Shown piece by piece: positions 1 to 12,729 of a stretch of DNA of 61,768 nt. The stretch's first letter is position 1, and every line of letters starts with the position of its first letter. Source of the stretch: a virus (taxonomy: Duplodnaviria; Caudoviricetes); the IMG/VR virus record IMGVR_UViG_3300035665_000033, positions 1-61,768 of that record, one strand, 5' to 3'. Both the position numbers and the translations under genes were made by a program. The notes beneath the pieces are model-generated. The model was not told the origin of the DNA. It saw only the letters and a program-made list of their open reading frames with translations, and did no database searches.

Positions 1-256
1 TATTTAAGAATTACCCATTCTTCTTCAAGCCCATCCAGGACGGTACCACCAACCCAAGAATGGAGTTGGCCTTCAGGGAGCCGTCTAAGCGCATCACGAA
101 GACAAACAAGACATCTCGCATGGGGGACGCTCTGAACACCATCGTCAACTGGAAGAATACCACCAACAACGCATATGACGGTGAGAAGCTTCATATGTTG
201 TACTTGGATGAGGCTGGTAAATGGGAGAAGCCATCTGACATACGCGAGGCCTGGAG
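1..256 (+). repeat. Terminal overlap copy 1 (matches 61513..61768)
   Basis: Codon-by-codon comparison: same 256-bp segment with 17 substitutions, all synonymous. Confidence 0.95.
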
Positions 257-1508
257 GATAGAAAAGACATGTCTTATAGTTGGTAAGAAGATCGTTGGGA
301 AGGCTTTAGTTGGTAGTACGGTGAATCCGATGGATAAAGGCGGAAAGGAATATAAGAAGCTGTGGAACGAATCCAGCCCAGACAAGCGCAACGCCAATGG
401 GAGAACCTCCAGTGGCCTATACTCTATATACATCCCCGCCTACGAAGCTCTAGAAGGCTTCTTCGACATTTACGGTAACGCCGTGATTGAGAATCCAGAG
501 AAAGAAATAATGGGTATCGATGGGGATAAGATAACGATGGGGGCTAAGGTGTTTCTCAAGAACGAAAGAGAATCACTTAAGCATGATCCCAGGGAACTCA
601 ACGAGGTTATAAGGCAGTTCTCTTTTACTGAAGACGAGGCATTCAGGGATAGTATCGAAGGAAGCTTGTTCAATATAGGTAAGATCTATCAACAGATAGA
701 CCATAACAATGACATGTTGCCGAACCCAGTTGTGTCTGGCAACTTTATGTGGAAGGAGAAAGACAAGGAGGTTATATTTGCTCCAGACCAACACGGAAGA
801 TTTAGAGTATCGTGGATGCCTCCACCAGAAAGGAGGAATGTAATAAAAGAGGTTAGGGGTAAGAAAGCGCCTCCAAATAGTGAATTCGGATGTGGTGGAG
901 TTGACTCCTATGACATTGACGCTACGGTTGACGGAAGAGGTTCTAAGGGGGCGCTGCATATGTATAACAAGTTCAACATGGACGGTCCCTCTAACATGTT
1001 CGTGGTTGAGTACGCTTCAAGACCAGACTTAGCCAGCATATTCTATGAGGATGTACTGATGTGCGCTTTTTTTTATGGTTATCCTCTGCTCGTTGAGAAC
1101 AATAAATACGGTATAGTTAGATATTTTGAGCAAAGAGGTTATGATGAATACCTTATGGATAGGCCCGAATTTCTGAGGTCGGCCAATTCACATGCCAACG
1201 TAAAAACCAAAGGTGTACCGTCAAATTCCATAGATGTGATTCACTCGCACGCTCAAGCTATAGAGAACTATATACACAACCATGTAGGCATAAATACGGA
1301 TAGCTTTGAGATGGGGAATATGTATTTTAATAAAACACTTGAAGACTGGATTGCGTTTGACATAAACAACAGAACCAAGTTTGACTTGACTATAAGTTCT
1401 GGGTATGCACTTCTAGCGTCTCAAAAAGCAAAGGTTGAAAAAAATAAAGATGCGTTTCTAGATAAAGTGTTTTTTAGGAGATATAAGGTAAAAGAGTGGC
1501 ATAGGTAA
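1..1508 (+). CDS. terL: Terminase large subunit, C-terminal part (continues from 60894..61768 across the circular junction; about 708 aa joined)
   Basis: Frame open from base 3. Walker B-like LYLDEAGK, coupling motif GSTVN, RNase H-like nuclease motifs GGVDSYD and LLVENN. Directly upstream of the portal. Confidence 0.9.
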   Translation, partial: FKNYPFFFKPIQDGTTNPRMELAFREPSKRITKTNKTSRMGDALNTIVNWKNTTNNAYDGEKLHMLYLDEAGKWEKPSDIREAWRIEKTCLIVGKKIVGKALVGSTVNPMDKGGKEYKKLWNESSPDKRNANGRTSSGLYSIYIPAYEALEGFFDIYGNAVIENPEKEIMGIDGDKITMGAKVFLKNERESLKHDPRELNEVIRQFSFTEDEAFRDSIEGSLFNIGKIYQQIDHNNDMLPNPVVSGNFMWKEKDKEVIFAPDQHGRFRVSWMPPPERRNVIKEVRGKKAPPNSEFGCGGVDSYDIDATVDGRGSKGALHMYNKFNMDGPSNMFVVEYASRPDLASIFYEDVLMCAFFYGYPLLVENNKYGIVRYFEQRGYDEYLMDRPEFLRSANSHANVKTKGVPSNSIDVIHSHAQAIENYIHNHVGINTDSFEMGNMYFNKTLEDWIAFDINNRTKFDLTISSGYALLASQKAKVEKNKDAFLDKVFFRRYKVKEWHR

Positions 1509-1516
1509 TGTTTCAT

Positions 1517-1524
1517 TATATTTG
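1517..1524 (+). promoter_or_regulatory. Bacteroidota -7 promoter box TATATTTG (portal)
   Basis: Exact TAnnTTTG consensus in the terL-portal intergenic gap. Confidence 0.7.
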
Positions 1525-1551
1525 CCAAAACATAGTCAAATACGCCTTTTA

Positions 1552-4038
1552 ATGTACAAAAGCGGAAAAAAACAAGGCTCTATACTTTCCTCTGGAAACT
1601 TCCCCAATCCTCTAGCCTCTACTGAAGAGAAGGCTACGATTGCTTATGGGGAAAAGTACGCTAAGGCCATACATAAACAATGGGGTAAGTTTGACGAAAC
1701 CTCATCATTGTACAGGAAGAGATCCTCTGTATTTGAAAGGAACAGAGATTACGCCAACGGAACACAGGATACCACGATATATCGTCAGCTATTAAACACT
1801 TACGATCCGAATAACGGAGACGGAAGCATGATGAACTTGGATTTCACGCCAGTTCCTATACTTCCTAAGTTCGTGAGAATCGTAGTCAACAAGATACTTT
1901 CTCAGTCACCATATCCAAACGTCGAGGCCATTGATCCTTTGTCGTCTTCTGAAAAAGATAAACAAAAGAAGAAGATGGAGATGCTTGTCAATGCCAAGCA
2001 AATGATAAGCCAGATAAAGGAAAAAAGCGGTCAAGTAGTCGGAGCGGATCCAGAGTCTATTCCAGATACTCTTGAGGAGGCTGAGATATTTTTTGGACAA
2101 AACATAAAGACATCCGCTGAAGTTGCTGCACAGATAGCCACTAACTTAACGCTGGAGTGGAGCGATTTTAATGATTCTATATTTAGAAGGGCTGTAAATG
2201 ATATAACAACAGTAGGAATGGCTGTTGTAAAAAGAAACAACGACCCTAACTACGGTATAGTTGCAGAGTATGTAGATCCTTCTAAGTTCATTCACAGCTA
2301 TACAGAGGACCCCAACTTCTATGATATGACGTATGCTGGTCACATAAAGACCATGTCTATACAAGAGCTTAAAAGAATAGCAGGAGATCAATTCACAGAG
2401 GAAGAATACGAGCATATCGCAAGGACAGCTCAGAAGATGTACAATTATGACGCCGCAAGTCTTACTAGGCGTCAATACGACTCTAACTCAAATGGAGTTA
2501 AGCATGGATACGATGAGTACATGGTAGACGTTCTTGACTTTGAGTTCCTGTCAAACGACTCCATATATTTTGAAGAAAAAGAGAACAGACATGGAAATGT
2601 CGGGTTCTATTATAAAGGAGAATCTTACAAGGCACCCAAAAACTCTGTTTTTGAAAGAAACCCTGTTAAGATGGATAATCTTGTTGTGTACGGTGGATCC
2701 ATGGTTATTTGTTGCGAGAAGATATTCTCGTATGGAAAGAAGACCAATATCCCCAAGAACATACACGATATAACAAGAGCTACACTTTCTTATTCGGCTG
2801 TTGCCGTTAATATGAGAGATATGGTTCCGAAATCAATGGTTGATAGCTGCATTGGTTTTGCTGACCAGATACAGTTGTCCCACCTGAAGTTGCAGCAGTC
2901 CATAGCAAAGGCAAAGCCAGATGGAATCATCATCGACATCGAAGGCCTTGAGAACGTTCAGCTTGGCAAAGGGGGCGACTTGCAACCGCTTGAGCTTCAT
3001 GATATATACGAGCAGACTGGCGTCTTCTACTACAGAAGTAAGAACCCAGAGGGAGGTTTCCAGAACCCGCCGATCAGAGAGATAGGAAACACCATAAGAA
3101 ATGTAAACGAGCTTATAGGTATTTACAATCACTACCTCAGGATGATCCGAGATACCACTGGTATCAACGAGGCTATGGACGGTAGCTCTCCGAAGGGAGA
3201 TCAGCTCGTTGGCGTAAGACAGCAGGCCATTAGCGCTGGAAACAATGCTATATACGACATAACGAATTGTTCTCTTGTTTTGTACAAGAAGGTTTGCGCT
3301 GATATAATAAAGAGTATTCAGATAATACCAAATGACTCTGTTATATACAGGGTTTACGAGAATGCTATAGGCGCGGCTAATATGGATGTCATCTCGTCGT
3401 TCTCGGATCTATACATGTTCAACTTCGGTATAACCGTAGTTAAGGACATGGAAGAGGTTGAAAAGCAATACCTTGAGAATAACATACAAATCTCTTTGGC
3501 TCAGAAAGAACTTGATATAGAAGATGCTATAGCTATAAGGCAGCTGAAGGACATAAACCAAGCTGAGAAGTTGCTGATTATAAGAAGAAAGAAGCGTATG
3601 GCTTCTCAGCAACAAATTGCTATGCAGAATTCTCAAATGCAGGCTCAGATTCAACAGCAGTCTGCTGCACAAGCCGCTGAGATAAAGATGCAAGAAGTTC
3701 AGATGCAATCTCAGATAAAAGCGCAGGAGATGCAGCTTGAGGCTCAACTTAAGATACAGGTCGAGCAAGCGCTACATGAGCTTAAGAAAGAGATAGAGCA
3801 GATCAAGGCAGAGGCCTATGCATATACCAAGGATGCCGATAACTCTTTTAAGAAGGAGGTTGAGAACATGAAGGAGGACAGAAAGGATGAAAGAGTTAAG
3901 AAGCAGGCTGTCGAGCAGAGCAAGCTTATATCTCAGAGAGACGGAAAGAGGGGTGAGCTTCAGGAGATACAAGAGCAAGCCGCAGCAGCAGCGCAAGAAA
4001 TATCCACTGGAATAATATCAAGAATACTCGGAAGATGA
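1552..4038 (+). CDS. Portal protein
   Basis: About 828 aa, follows terL, LDFTPVPILPKFVRIVVN segment, Gln-rich coiled-coil C-terminal barrel typical of podovirus portals. ATG at 1552 preferred because the TTG at 1522 lies inside the promoter box. Confidence 0.8.
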   Translation: MYKSGKKQGSILSSGNFPNPLASTEEKATIAYGEKYAKAIHKQWGKFDETSSLYRKRSSVFERNRDYANGTQDTTIYRQLLNTYDPNNGDGSMMNLDFTPVPILPKFVRIVVNKILSQSPYPNVEAIDPLSSSEKDKQKKKMEMLVNAKQMISQIKEKSGQVVGADPESIPDTLEEAEIFFGQNIKTSAEVAAQIATNLTLEWSDFNDSIFRRAVNDITTVGMAVVKRNNDPNYGIVAEYVDPSKFIHSYTEDPNFYDMTYAGHIKTMSIQELKRIAGDQFTEEEYEHIARTAQKMYNYDAASLTRRQYDSNSNGVKHGYDEYMVDVLDFEFLSNDSIYFEEKENRHGNVGFYYKGESYKAPKNSVFERNPVKMDNLVVYGGSMVICCEKIFSYGKKTNIPKNIHDITRATLSYSAVAVNMRDMVPKSMVDSCIGFADQIQLSHLKLQQSIAKAKPDGIIIDIEGLENVQLGKGGDLQPLELHDIYEQTGVFYYRSKNPEGGFQNPPIREIGNTIRNVNELIGIYNHYLRMIRDTTGINEAMDGSSPKGDQLVGVRQQAISAGNNAIYDITNCSLVLYKKVCADIIKSIQIIPNDSVIYRVYENAIGAANMDVISSFSDLYMFNFGITVVKDMEEVEKQYLENNIQISLAQKELDIEDAIAIRQLKDINQAEKLLIIRRKKRMASQQQIAMQNSQMQAQIQQQSAAQAAEIKMQEVQMQSQIKAQEMQLEAQLKIQVEQALHELKKEIEQIKAEAYAYTKDADNSFKKEVENMKEDRKDERVKKQAVEQSKLISQRDGKRGELQEIQEQAAAAAQEISTGIISRILGR

Positions 4039-4459
4039 GCAACGTAGTAAACTTAGATGTCGCAAAAAGAGTAGACATCATATGCAGGAAGGGCGATACT
4101 TTTAAGCTTGAGATAGATCTTAAGGCAGCTGACGGGACTCTCGTTGCAGCAGGGGCTTACAGCTATCACATGGAGGTTAGAGTAGCCGATTATTCAAATA
4201 CTGGATATGACTCTCCGAACGCTGGATCTGGAGACACAAATGCAGACATAATTCTGTCAACCAAGGATGATGCTAATGGTTCAAAACTTATAACTTATGA
4301 ATCGTTAGAAGGCAAGGTGATTTTTAAAGTAACAAACACAAAAATGAAGCTTGTTCCCGCTGGTTTATATGTATACGACATTGAGGCTATTGCAGCCGCA
4401 AACAGTGAGTCTCAGACTTGGATGTATGGCACATTTAAAGTGAATGAAGATATTACTGT

Positions 4460-4463
<4 letters not shown>
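4035..4463 (+). CDS. Small beta-rich virion/fibre-attachment protein
   Basis: ATGA overlap with portal; GLYVYDIE...WMYGTFKV pattern of Ig/BppU-like adaptor proteins; precedes fibre genes. Confidence 0.5.
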
Positions 4464-6870
<2,407 letters not shown>

Positions 6871-6871
<1 letters not shown>

Positions 6872-8922
6872 TGCCAAAGTTTCCAGGTGCGGTACAGCAC
6901 AACAACCCAGTAGAAGCGATATTAAGCTTGCCTGAAAACCAGGTCAAGGGGCTTGGTGTTTTTGCTGATGTTGCTGCAAGGAACGCCCTGAATGCAAACA
7001 TGAGATCGGAGGGCTTTATAGCCGTTGTGACTGGTCTGGACAAGGTGTATATATATACGGTTGCATCTATATTAAATGCTGACTGGCAAAACGCAGCTAA
7101 CTGGACAGAGATAGGGTCTGGAAGCGGATCTTACACGCTGCCCATAGCAACAGCAAGCGTTCTTGGTGGTATAAGAGTTGGGACGAACTTATCAATAGAC
7201 GCAGGAACTGGAATCCTGTCAGCAACAGACACGAATACTACCTATACGGCTGGTAATGGATTGACACTATCTAACACAGAGTTTAATGTAGGGGGGACAA
7301 CCAATAGAATAACTGTAACTGCTGATACCGTAGATATAGCATCTGCGTATGTTGGTCAGACTTCAATAACGACTCTTGGAACAATAACAACTGGAACGTG
7401 GAATGCCACGTCTATTTCAAACGACTACATAACTAGCGTTGCTGGAACGAAGGTAACTGGCAACATAACTGGAAACGCAGCCAATGTAACTGGAACTGTT
7501 GCTATAGGAAACGGTGGAACTGGAGCGACAACGGCCCCATCTGCAAGGACAAACCTTGGGGCGACTACAGTTGGGTCGAACTTGTTTACGCTTACTAACC
7601 CAAGCGCGATAACATTCCCAAGGATCAACGCAGACAATACAGTAAGTGCGCTTTCTGCTGCTGACTTTAGAACTGCCATTAGCGCTGGAACGGGTAACGG
7701 AACAGTGACATCTGTAGGTATATCTGTGCCAACTGGTCTATCTGTATCAAACACACCTGTAATTGGGTCTGGCACAATAGCTATAGCCCTAACAGCTGGG
7801 TATTCGATACCTACAACAGCGTCTCAAAATAACTGGGATACTGCATTTACAGATAGGTTGAAGTGGGATGGGGGTAGTGTTGGACTGAACACTGCTACAG
7901 CACGCACCTCTCTTGGTCTCGTTATAAATACAGACGTTCAGGCGTATGACGCTGATCTTGCTGCAATAGCTGCACTTACGGGGACAACTGGACTGCTTAG
8001 AAAGACTGCCTCAGACACGTGGTCTCTAGACACTACTGCTTACTTAAGTGGAACAGTACCTATATCAAGCGGTGGAACTGGAGCGACCACTGTAGGTAAC
8101 GCTAGAATAAACTTACTTCCAACGTATTCTGGAAACAATAACAAGGCATTAAGGGTAAACTCTGCGGGATCAGATGTTGAGTGGTCATGCATATCTAAAG
8201 ATATGTTTTGCGTTCCTGGAACATTACCCTCAACAACGTCTCACATAGTTACAAGCGTGTATAGGGATGGGCAGTGGAGAGATATTGAAGTAAATGGACT
8301 GTATAGCCCATCTGGCACTATAACCGTGGCAAACGATAGCGTTGTTGTAAAATCCATAAATTCTATAACACCTACGGCTGGAGCGGTTACAATATATGGA
8401 TCGTCTATACAGAGAACATCCACAAACTCACAAACAATAAGTAGTGGCATAACTTCTCTTGAAGGAAGTGTATCTGCTGTTCAGTTTGACATAACCAACA
8501 TTTATGAAGCTATTTCACCAATAACAAAGGTTGTAAATAAGACTAGGTTTGGTTTTAGTGGCACGTCAGCTGCTCTTGAAACCACAGAGACGTCTGGATC
8601 TTTCTTCAGGGGCAGTACAGGTTATTTCTTTACTCAGGCCAGCCCTGGCGTCACTGAAATAAAAGTCCTCGATGACTCTGCTACTCCAGTTCAGAGAACT
8701 ATATTATACGGTATTGGTAGGGTAAATGGAGCTCAGGTTGGTATACATAACACATCCCCAGCCTATCCTTTTGATATAACTGGAAACACTAGAGTCACAG
8801 GAAACATAATAGTTACTGGAACAGTAGACGGTGTTGATATATCTGAACTAAAGAATACAGTTGACAATATTACTGTTGGAGGAACAGAGGAAATTGAACT
8901 ATTTTCGTACTTTATTTCGTAG
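6871..8922 (+). CDS. Tail fibre protein
   Basis: Thr/Gly-rich; YTLPIATASVLGGIRVG and repeated GGTGATT...AR fibre motifs. Confidence 0.75.
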
Positions 8923-8924
8923 TC

Positions 8925-10604
8925 ATGCCAAATTCATATAAATCAGTAGCATACAATACAACAGGAAGCGGTTCTAATGAGGACGTGTATACCTGTGGCG
9001 TTGTTGCTTCGGTTGTTAAATCTCTGAGCGTATATAACTCTAGCTCCACGACTGCCTACACTATAACCGTAAAGCTTTATAAGGCTTCCAATACGACTAG
9101 CTACGAGATAAACTATCAATCTATTGCGGCGCGTACTTCTTGGTCTGTAATACCTTCTGACGGCGCTATAAACCTACAGACTGGAGACAAGATACAGGTA
9201 GTAACCTCTCAGGCTGGTTTGGTTGTGTCTCTTGCATTCTTGGAGTCTTCTGTCAGCGTAAGCGGAATAAACCTCGCTGCAATATCAGATGTGTCTGACG
9301 TTGCTGCTACGGACAACCAGGTTCTTACTTGGGACTCTGGAACTGGTCTGGCCACATGGGAGACACCAGCTGCCGCTGGGGTTAGCAATGTCACGGGGAC
9401 TGCCCCAATAACTGTAACTGGCACAACTACTAAAAACGTTGCAATATCAGCAGCTACAACTGGTGCCGCTGGATCCATGTCTGCGTTAGATAAGTCTAAG
9501 TTAGACAGCATTTCTACTGGAGCCGAAGTAAATCAAAATGCTTTTTCTAACGTATTGGTTGCTGGATATGCTGCTGATGGGGTAACTTTAGTTTCGGCTC
9601 TTCATGCGGCTGACGCAAAAGAAGATACATATGCTTTCACGTTTGCTGCCCCATTAACATTGGCTGTATCTGAAGACGCTATTTCTTTAGGGACAACGGC
9701 TGAAGTTAACCAGAATGCTTTCAGCAATGTGGCTGTGGCTGGACAAACAACCGTGGCAGCCGACTCAAAAACAGATACGTTAACGCTTGTAGCTGGAACT
9801 GGAATAAGTATAACTACCGATGCGTCTACAGACTCGGTAACCATAACGAACAGTTCAACAGGGGCCAATGCGTTTGGGAACGTAGCTGTATCTGGTCAAA
9901 CTACTGTAGCAGCGGATAGCAATAGCGACACTATTACTTTGGTTGGAACTGGGGGAACGACCATAACTACGGATGCAGTAAATGATACAGTTACGATAGA
10001 CTCTGTGAGTCTAGACAATAATGATGTCACAATAACTTCGTTAAGAACAATAGATCTAAATGATGAGTCTTTAAACATAGTTGATGGCGCAACCGAAGTT
10101 TCTTCATTTGCAAGCGGCGTATTAGTTCTTACTGGTGATGTTAGGCTTAGGTCTTCTACAGCTACGGCTCAGACCTTATCCTTGTTTGAAGGAGGAACTG
10201 GATCAAACTACATAGCTTTAAAAGCTCCAAACTCTCTTGCTGCTAACACGACATACACCCTGCCTTCAGCTGACGGTACAAATGGACAAGTGCTTAGCAC
10301 AAACGGAACTGGAACCCTGTCTTGGGCCACTGCTTCGGGCGGCGGTGGAGGAAGCACGGTATCTGTAGAGGACTCAGAATACACCTTGACGTCTATGGAC
10401 GGGTTTGGGGTATACACCATTGTAAGCTATTACAGAGATGACAATACGCTGTGGAAGAAGTCCACGCTCTCTAGCGGTACTGCTCCATTTTATACCACTC
10501 AGACGGTTCAGTTTTATGCGGCTGACGGAACTACCGTTACGAGCACCAGAACGTATACGTTGACTTACACGAACGGTATAGTAACAAATAGACAGTTAGT
10601 TTAA
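8925..10604 (+). CDS. Tail fibre protein with internal repeats
   Basis: Thr/Ser/Ala-rich; three related NAF(S/G)NV repeat units; TLPSADGTNGQVLSTNGTGTLSW fibre motif. Confidence 0.75.
   Translation: MPNSYKSVAYNTTGSGSNEDVYTCGVVASVVKSLSVYNSSSTTAYTITVKLYKASNTTSYEINYQSIAARTSWSVIPSDGAINLQTGDKIQVVTSQAGLVVSLAFLESSVSVSGINLAAISDVSDVAATDNQVLTWDSGTGLATWETPAAAGVSNVTGTAPITVTGTTTKNVAISAATTGAAGSMSALDKSKLDSISTGAEVNQNAFSNVLVAGYAADGVTLVSALHAADAKEDTYAFTFAAPLTLAVSEDAISLGTTAEVNQNAFSNVAVAGQTTVAADSKTDTLTLVAGTGISITTDASTDSVTITNSSTGANAFGNVAVSGQTTVAADSNSDTITLVGTGGTTITTDAVNDTVTIDSVSLDNNDVTITSLRTIDLNDESLNIVDGATEVSSFASGVLVLTGDVRLRSSTATAQTLSLFEGGTGSNYIALKAPNSLAANTTYTLPSADGTNGQVLSTNGTGTLSWATASGGGGGSTVSVEDSEYTLTSMDGFGVYTIVSYYRDDNTLWKKSTLSSGTAPFYTTQTVQFYAADGTTVTSTRTYTLTYTNGIVTNRQLV
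9522..10000 (+). repeat. Three imperfect ~55-aa repeats (AEVNQNAFSNV / ANAFGNVAVSGQTTVAADS)
   Basis: Visible in the translation of 8925..10604. Confidence 0.7.
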
Positions 10605-11773
10605 TGCCAAACGCACATAACATAGACCTATATCTTCATGGTCTAAATAAAGCATCTGGGTTTAACCCGCAGCAGATAACTTCTGGAACAACAGTTTTTG
10701 GTGGCTTCCAGACACCTTCGCAATCATATAGCCTTGGCAACATAACCGAAGACGGAAGATTTGGGGTCATACTTGATCCAGCAAATGGATATTCTAAAAT
10801 AAGTGGAGGGGGGTGGATCTCTGCTGGCATAAAAGACGGAAAACTTTATACGCAAACAAGATTTCCAACTGTATATATAAACAACAGTAAGGGCGCTCTT
10901 GTTTGGGGCCAGTACGAAACTGCTACTAACTGGACAGATGTGTCTTGTGGTGACAACCATATTCTAGCAATTAGAGGAGGTCAATTATGGGTCGGGGGAA
11001 ATAACTCGAATGGACAGCTTGGTAGAGGCAACACAACCTCTACGTCTACGCTAGTTCAGATAGGAACTGACACTAATTGGCAGATGGTTGCTGCTGGAAG
11101 ATTATTCTCTTGGGCTATAAAAGGAGGGGCCCTTTATACCTGTGGATCAAACGCGGCATTTGCCACTGGTCAAAATACAACATCAGGAAACCTTCTTTCA
11201 TGGACTCTTGTAAATAATGCAGTGACGTGGACATGGGTTAGCGCTACTTATGACAGAATGATGGCCATAGGAGGAGGTGAAATATATGGTTGTGGAGAGG
11301 GAAATGATAACGTTTTTGGGAACGGAGCATCAACAGACCTTGTCGTGTTGACCAAGGTTACTTCGTCTGGAACCGACTGGCAGAAGGTTTTTTGCACCAA
11401 ACAGTTTTCAAAGGCAATAAAGACAACTAGTGGAGAACACTGGCACGCTGGCAATGGGGGAGCCTTCGGCGGCGGAACAAGAGGAGACGGATCTACCACT
11501 TCTGTTAGTACGTGGACAAGGATTGGAACGGATACTGGATGGACTCATTTCTCCAGGTCTTCTCCTTCTTTATCTTCGTTTACATATTATGTCGCTGGAA
11601 TAAAGAATGGGCAATGTTTTGCAGTTGGCTATCATCCTGCTCCATTTTTCTTCCCTGGCTCAAACGGAAACACAACGACCTTCTTTGCTATAAGAAACGG
11701 AGCTACTTGCACAGCAGTTGACTTTTGTGGAAATAACTCACAAAATCCAGAATTCAGAATATCCACGACATGA
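10604..11773 (+). CDS. RCC1/BLIP-II-like beta-propeller protein, candidate receptor-binding protein
   Basis: Repeated W..VS.G..H.LAI..G.LW..G.N..GQLG.G units. Confidence 0.75.
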   Translation: MPNAHNIDLYLHGLNKASGFNPQQITSGTTVFGGFQTPSQSYSLGNITEDGRFGVILDPANGYSKISGGGWISAGIKDGKLYTQTRFPTVYINNSKGALVWGQYETATNWTDVSCGDNHILAIRGGQLWVGGNNSNGQLGRGNTTSTSTLVQIGTDTNWQMVAAGRLFSWAIKGGALYTCGSNAAFATGQNTTSGNLLSWTLVNNAVTWTWVSATYDRMMAIGGGEIYGCGEGNDNVFGNGASTDLVVLTKVTSSGTDWQKVFCTKQFSKAIKTTSGEHWHAGNGGAFGGGTRGDGSTTSVSTWTRIGTDTGWTHFSRSSPSLSSFTYYVAGIKNGQCFAVGYHPAPFFFPGSNGNTTTFFAIRNGATCTAVDFCGNNSQNPEFRISTT

Positions 11774-12072
11774 AATATTACGTAGAAATACATGGCGAAG
11801 AAGACCTTGCATCTCCATGGGCTGATGACAGGTGCGTATTTATGGCCTGGACGTTTGATCAGTCGAGGATAGAAGACTGCATCAAAATAAATGATTCTTA
11901 CTACGCTACATATGAATCTATGGAGTTGTTAGAAGACAAGGAGTTCAAATACTTATCGTATCAGAATCTCAGAGGTTCTTCTGTGGAAAACACCGTAACA
12001 GCAGTCCTTCCAGCAGGAGAATACGGCGTAAGGGAATCTAGTTTAACTTTGGAGGAAATTAAACAGTCGTGA
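11770..12072 (+). CDS. Hypothetical protein (possible fibre assembly factor)
   Basis: ATGA overlap, 100 aa, position at end of the fibre block. Confidence 0.6.
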   Translation: MKYYVEIHGEEDLASPWADDRCVFMAWTFDQSRIEDCIKINDSYYATYESMELLEDKEFKYLSYQNLRGSSVENTVTAVLPAGEYGVRESSLTLEEIKQS

Positions 12073-12215
12073 ATAGATATATAATTGAAGAGGCTACATT
12101 GTTGGCCATTTTGAACTACTTGTATCAAAGACCATACTCAGAAGTAAATAACGGTATAGAGGCCTTAAAAAACCTACAGAAGATAGATGAACAACAAGAT
12201 AGCAGCAATACTTAA
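12069..12215 (+). CDS. Small hypothetical protein (48 aa, not in ORF track)
   Basis: GTGA overlap; MNRYIIEEATLLAILNYLYQRPYSEVNNGIEALKNL; fills the gap between flanking genes. Confidence 0.55.
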   Translation: MNRYIIEEATLLAILNYLYQRPYSEVNNGIEALKNLQKIDEQQDSSNT

Positions 12216-12474
12216 GAAGAACGGGCTATCTGGCGTTAATAAGCCTAAGGCCACTCCTTCTCACTCCAAGAAGTCTCATGTTGTGTTGGCTAAGGTTGGT
12301 GATAAAACCAAATTGATTAGGTTTGGCCAGCAGGGCGTGTCTGGATCTCCCAAGAAAGAAGGGGAGTCTGAATCGCATAGAAACAGAAGGCAATCCTTTC
12401 AGGCTAGACACGCAAAGAATATAGCAAAAGGAAAAATGAGTGCTGCCTACTGGGCCAATAAAGTGAAGTGGTAA
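12187..12474 (+). CDS. Small basic protein
   Basis: Lys/Arg-rich; KLIRFGQQG...SFQARH...SAAYWANKVKW pattern common in viral genomes. Confidence 0.7.
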   Translation: MNNKIAAILKKNGLSGVNKPKATPSHSKKSHVVLAKVGDKTKLIRFGQQGVSGSPKKEGESESHRNRRQSFQARHAKNIAKGKMSAAYWANKVKW

Positions 12475-12481
12475 ATATCAT

Positions 12482-12489
12482 TATATTTG
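12482..12489 (+). promoter_or_regulatory. -7 promoter box TATATTTG
   Basis: Consensus match in intergenic gap upstream of the head genes. Confidence 0.65.
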
Positions 12490-12496
12490 CACTCAA

Positions 12497-12703
12497 ATGA
12501 TGGACATCAACATATATCAGATTATTGTGCTGGCCGCTGGTCTTGTTGGCGTGTACGTAAAGCTGAACATTGAAATCAGCAAGCTTGCCCTCAGGCTTGA
12601 CATACATGAGAAGCAAACAGTGGACTTGCAGCGCAGTATAGATAAGTTGATAAAAGACGTGCAGGAGATTAAGATACTTCTTGCGCGTAAGCAGATAGAC
12701 TAA
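12497..12703 (+). CDS. Small membrane-anchored coiled-coil protein
   Basis: N-terminal hydrophobic helix followed by heptad pattern. Confidence 0.6.
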   Translation: MMDINIYQIIVLAAGLVGVYVKLNIEISKLALRLDIHEKQTVDLQRSIDKLIKDVQEIKILLARKQID

Positions 12704-12729
12704 AAAACACCAAATAAAATTTATTTAAC

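Noticed and set aside
1-256. Biological direct terminal repeat of the virion DNA
   Set aside because: It lies mid-gene, the copies are not identical, and the likely physical end is the non-coding hub near 52.2-52.8 kb.
1522-1551. TTG starts given by the ORF track (1522, 37711, 43957 and similar)
   Set aside because: These TTGs are part of TAnnTTTG promoter boxes; downstream ATGs are more plausible.
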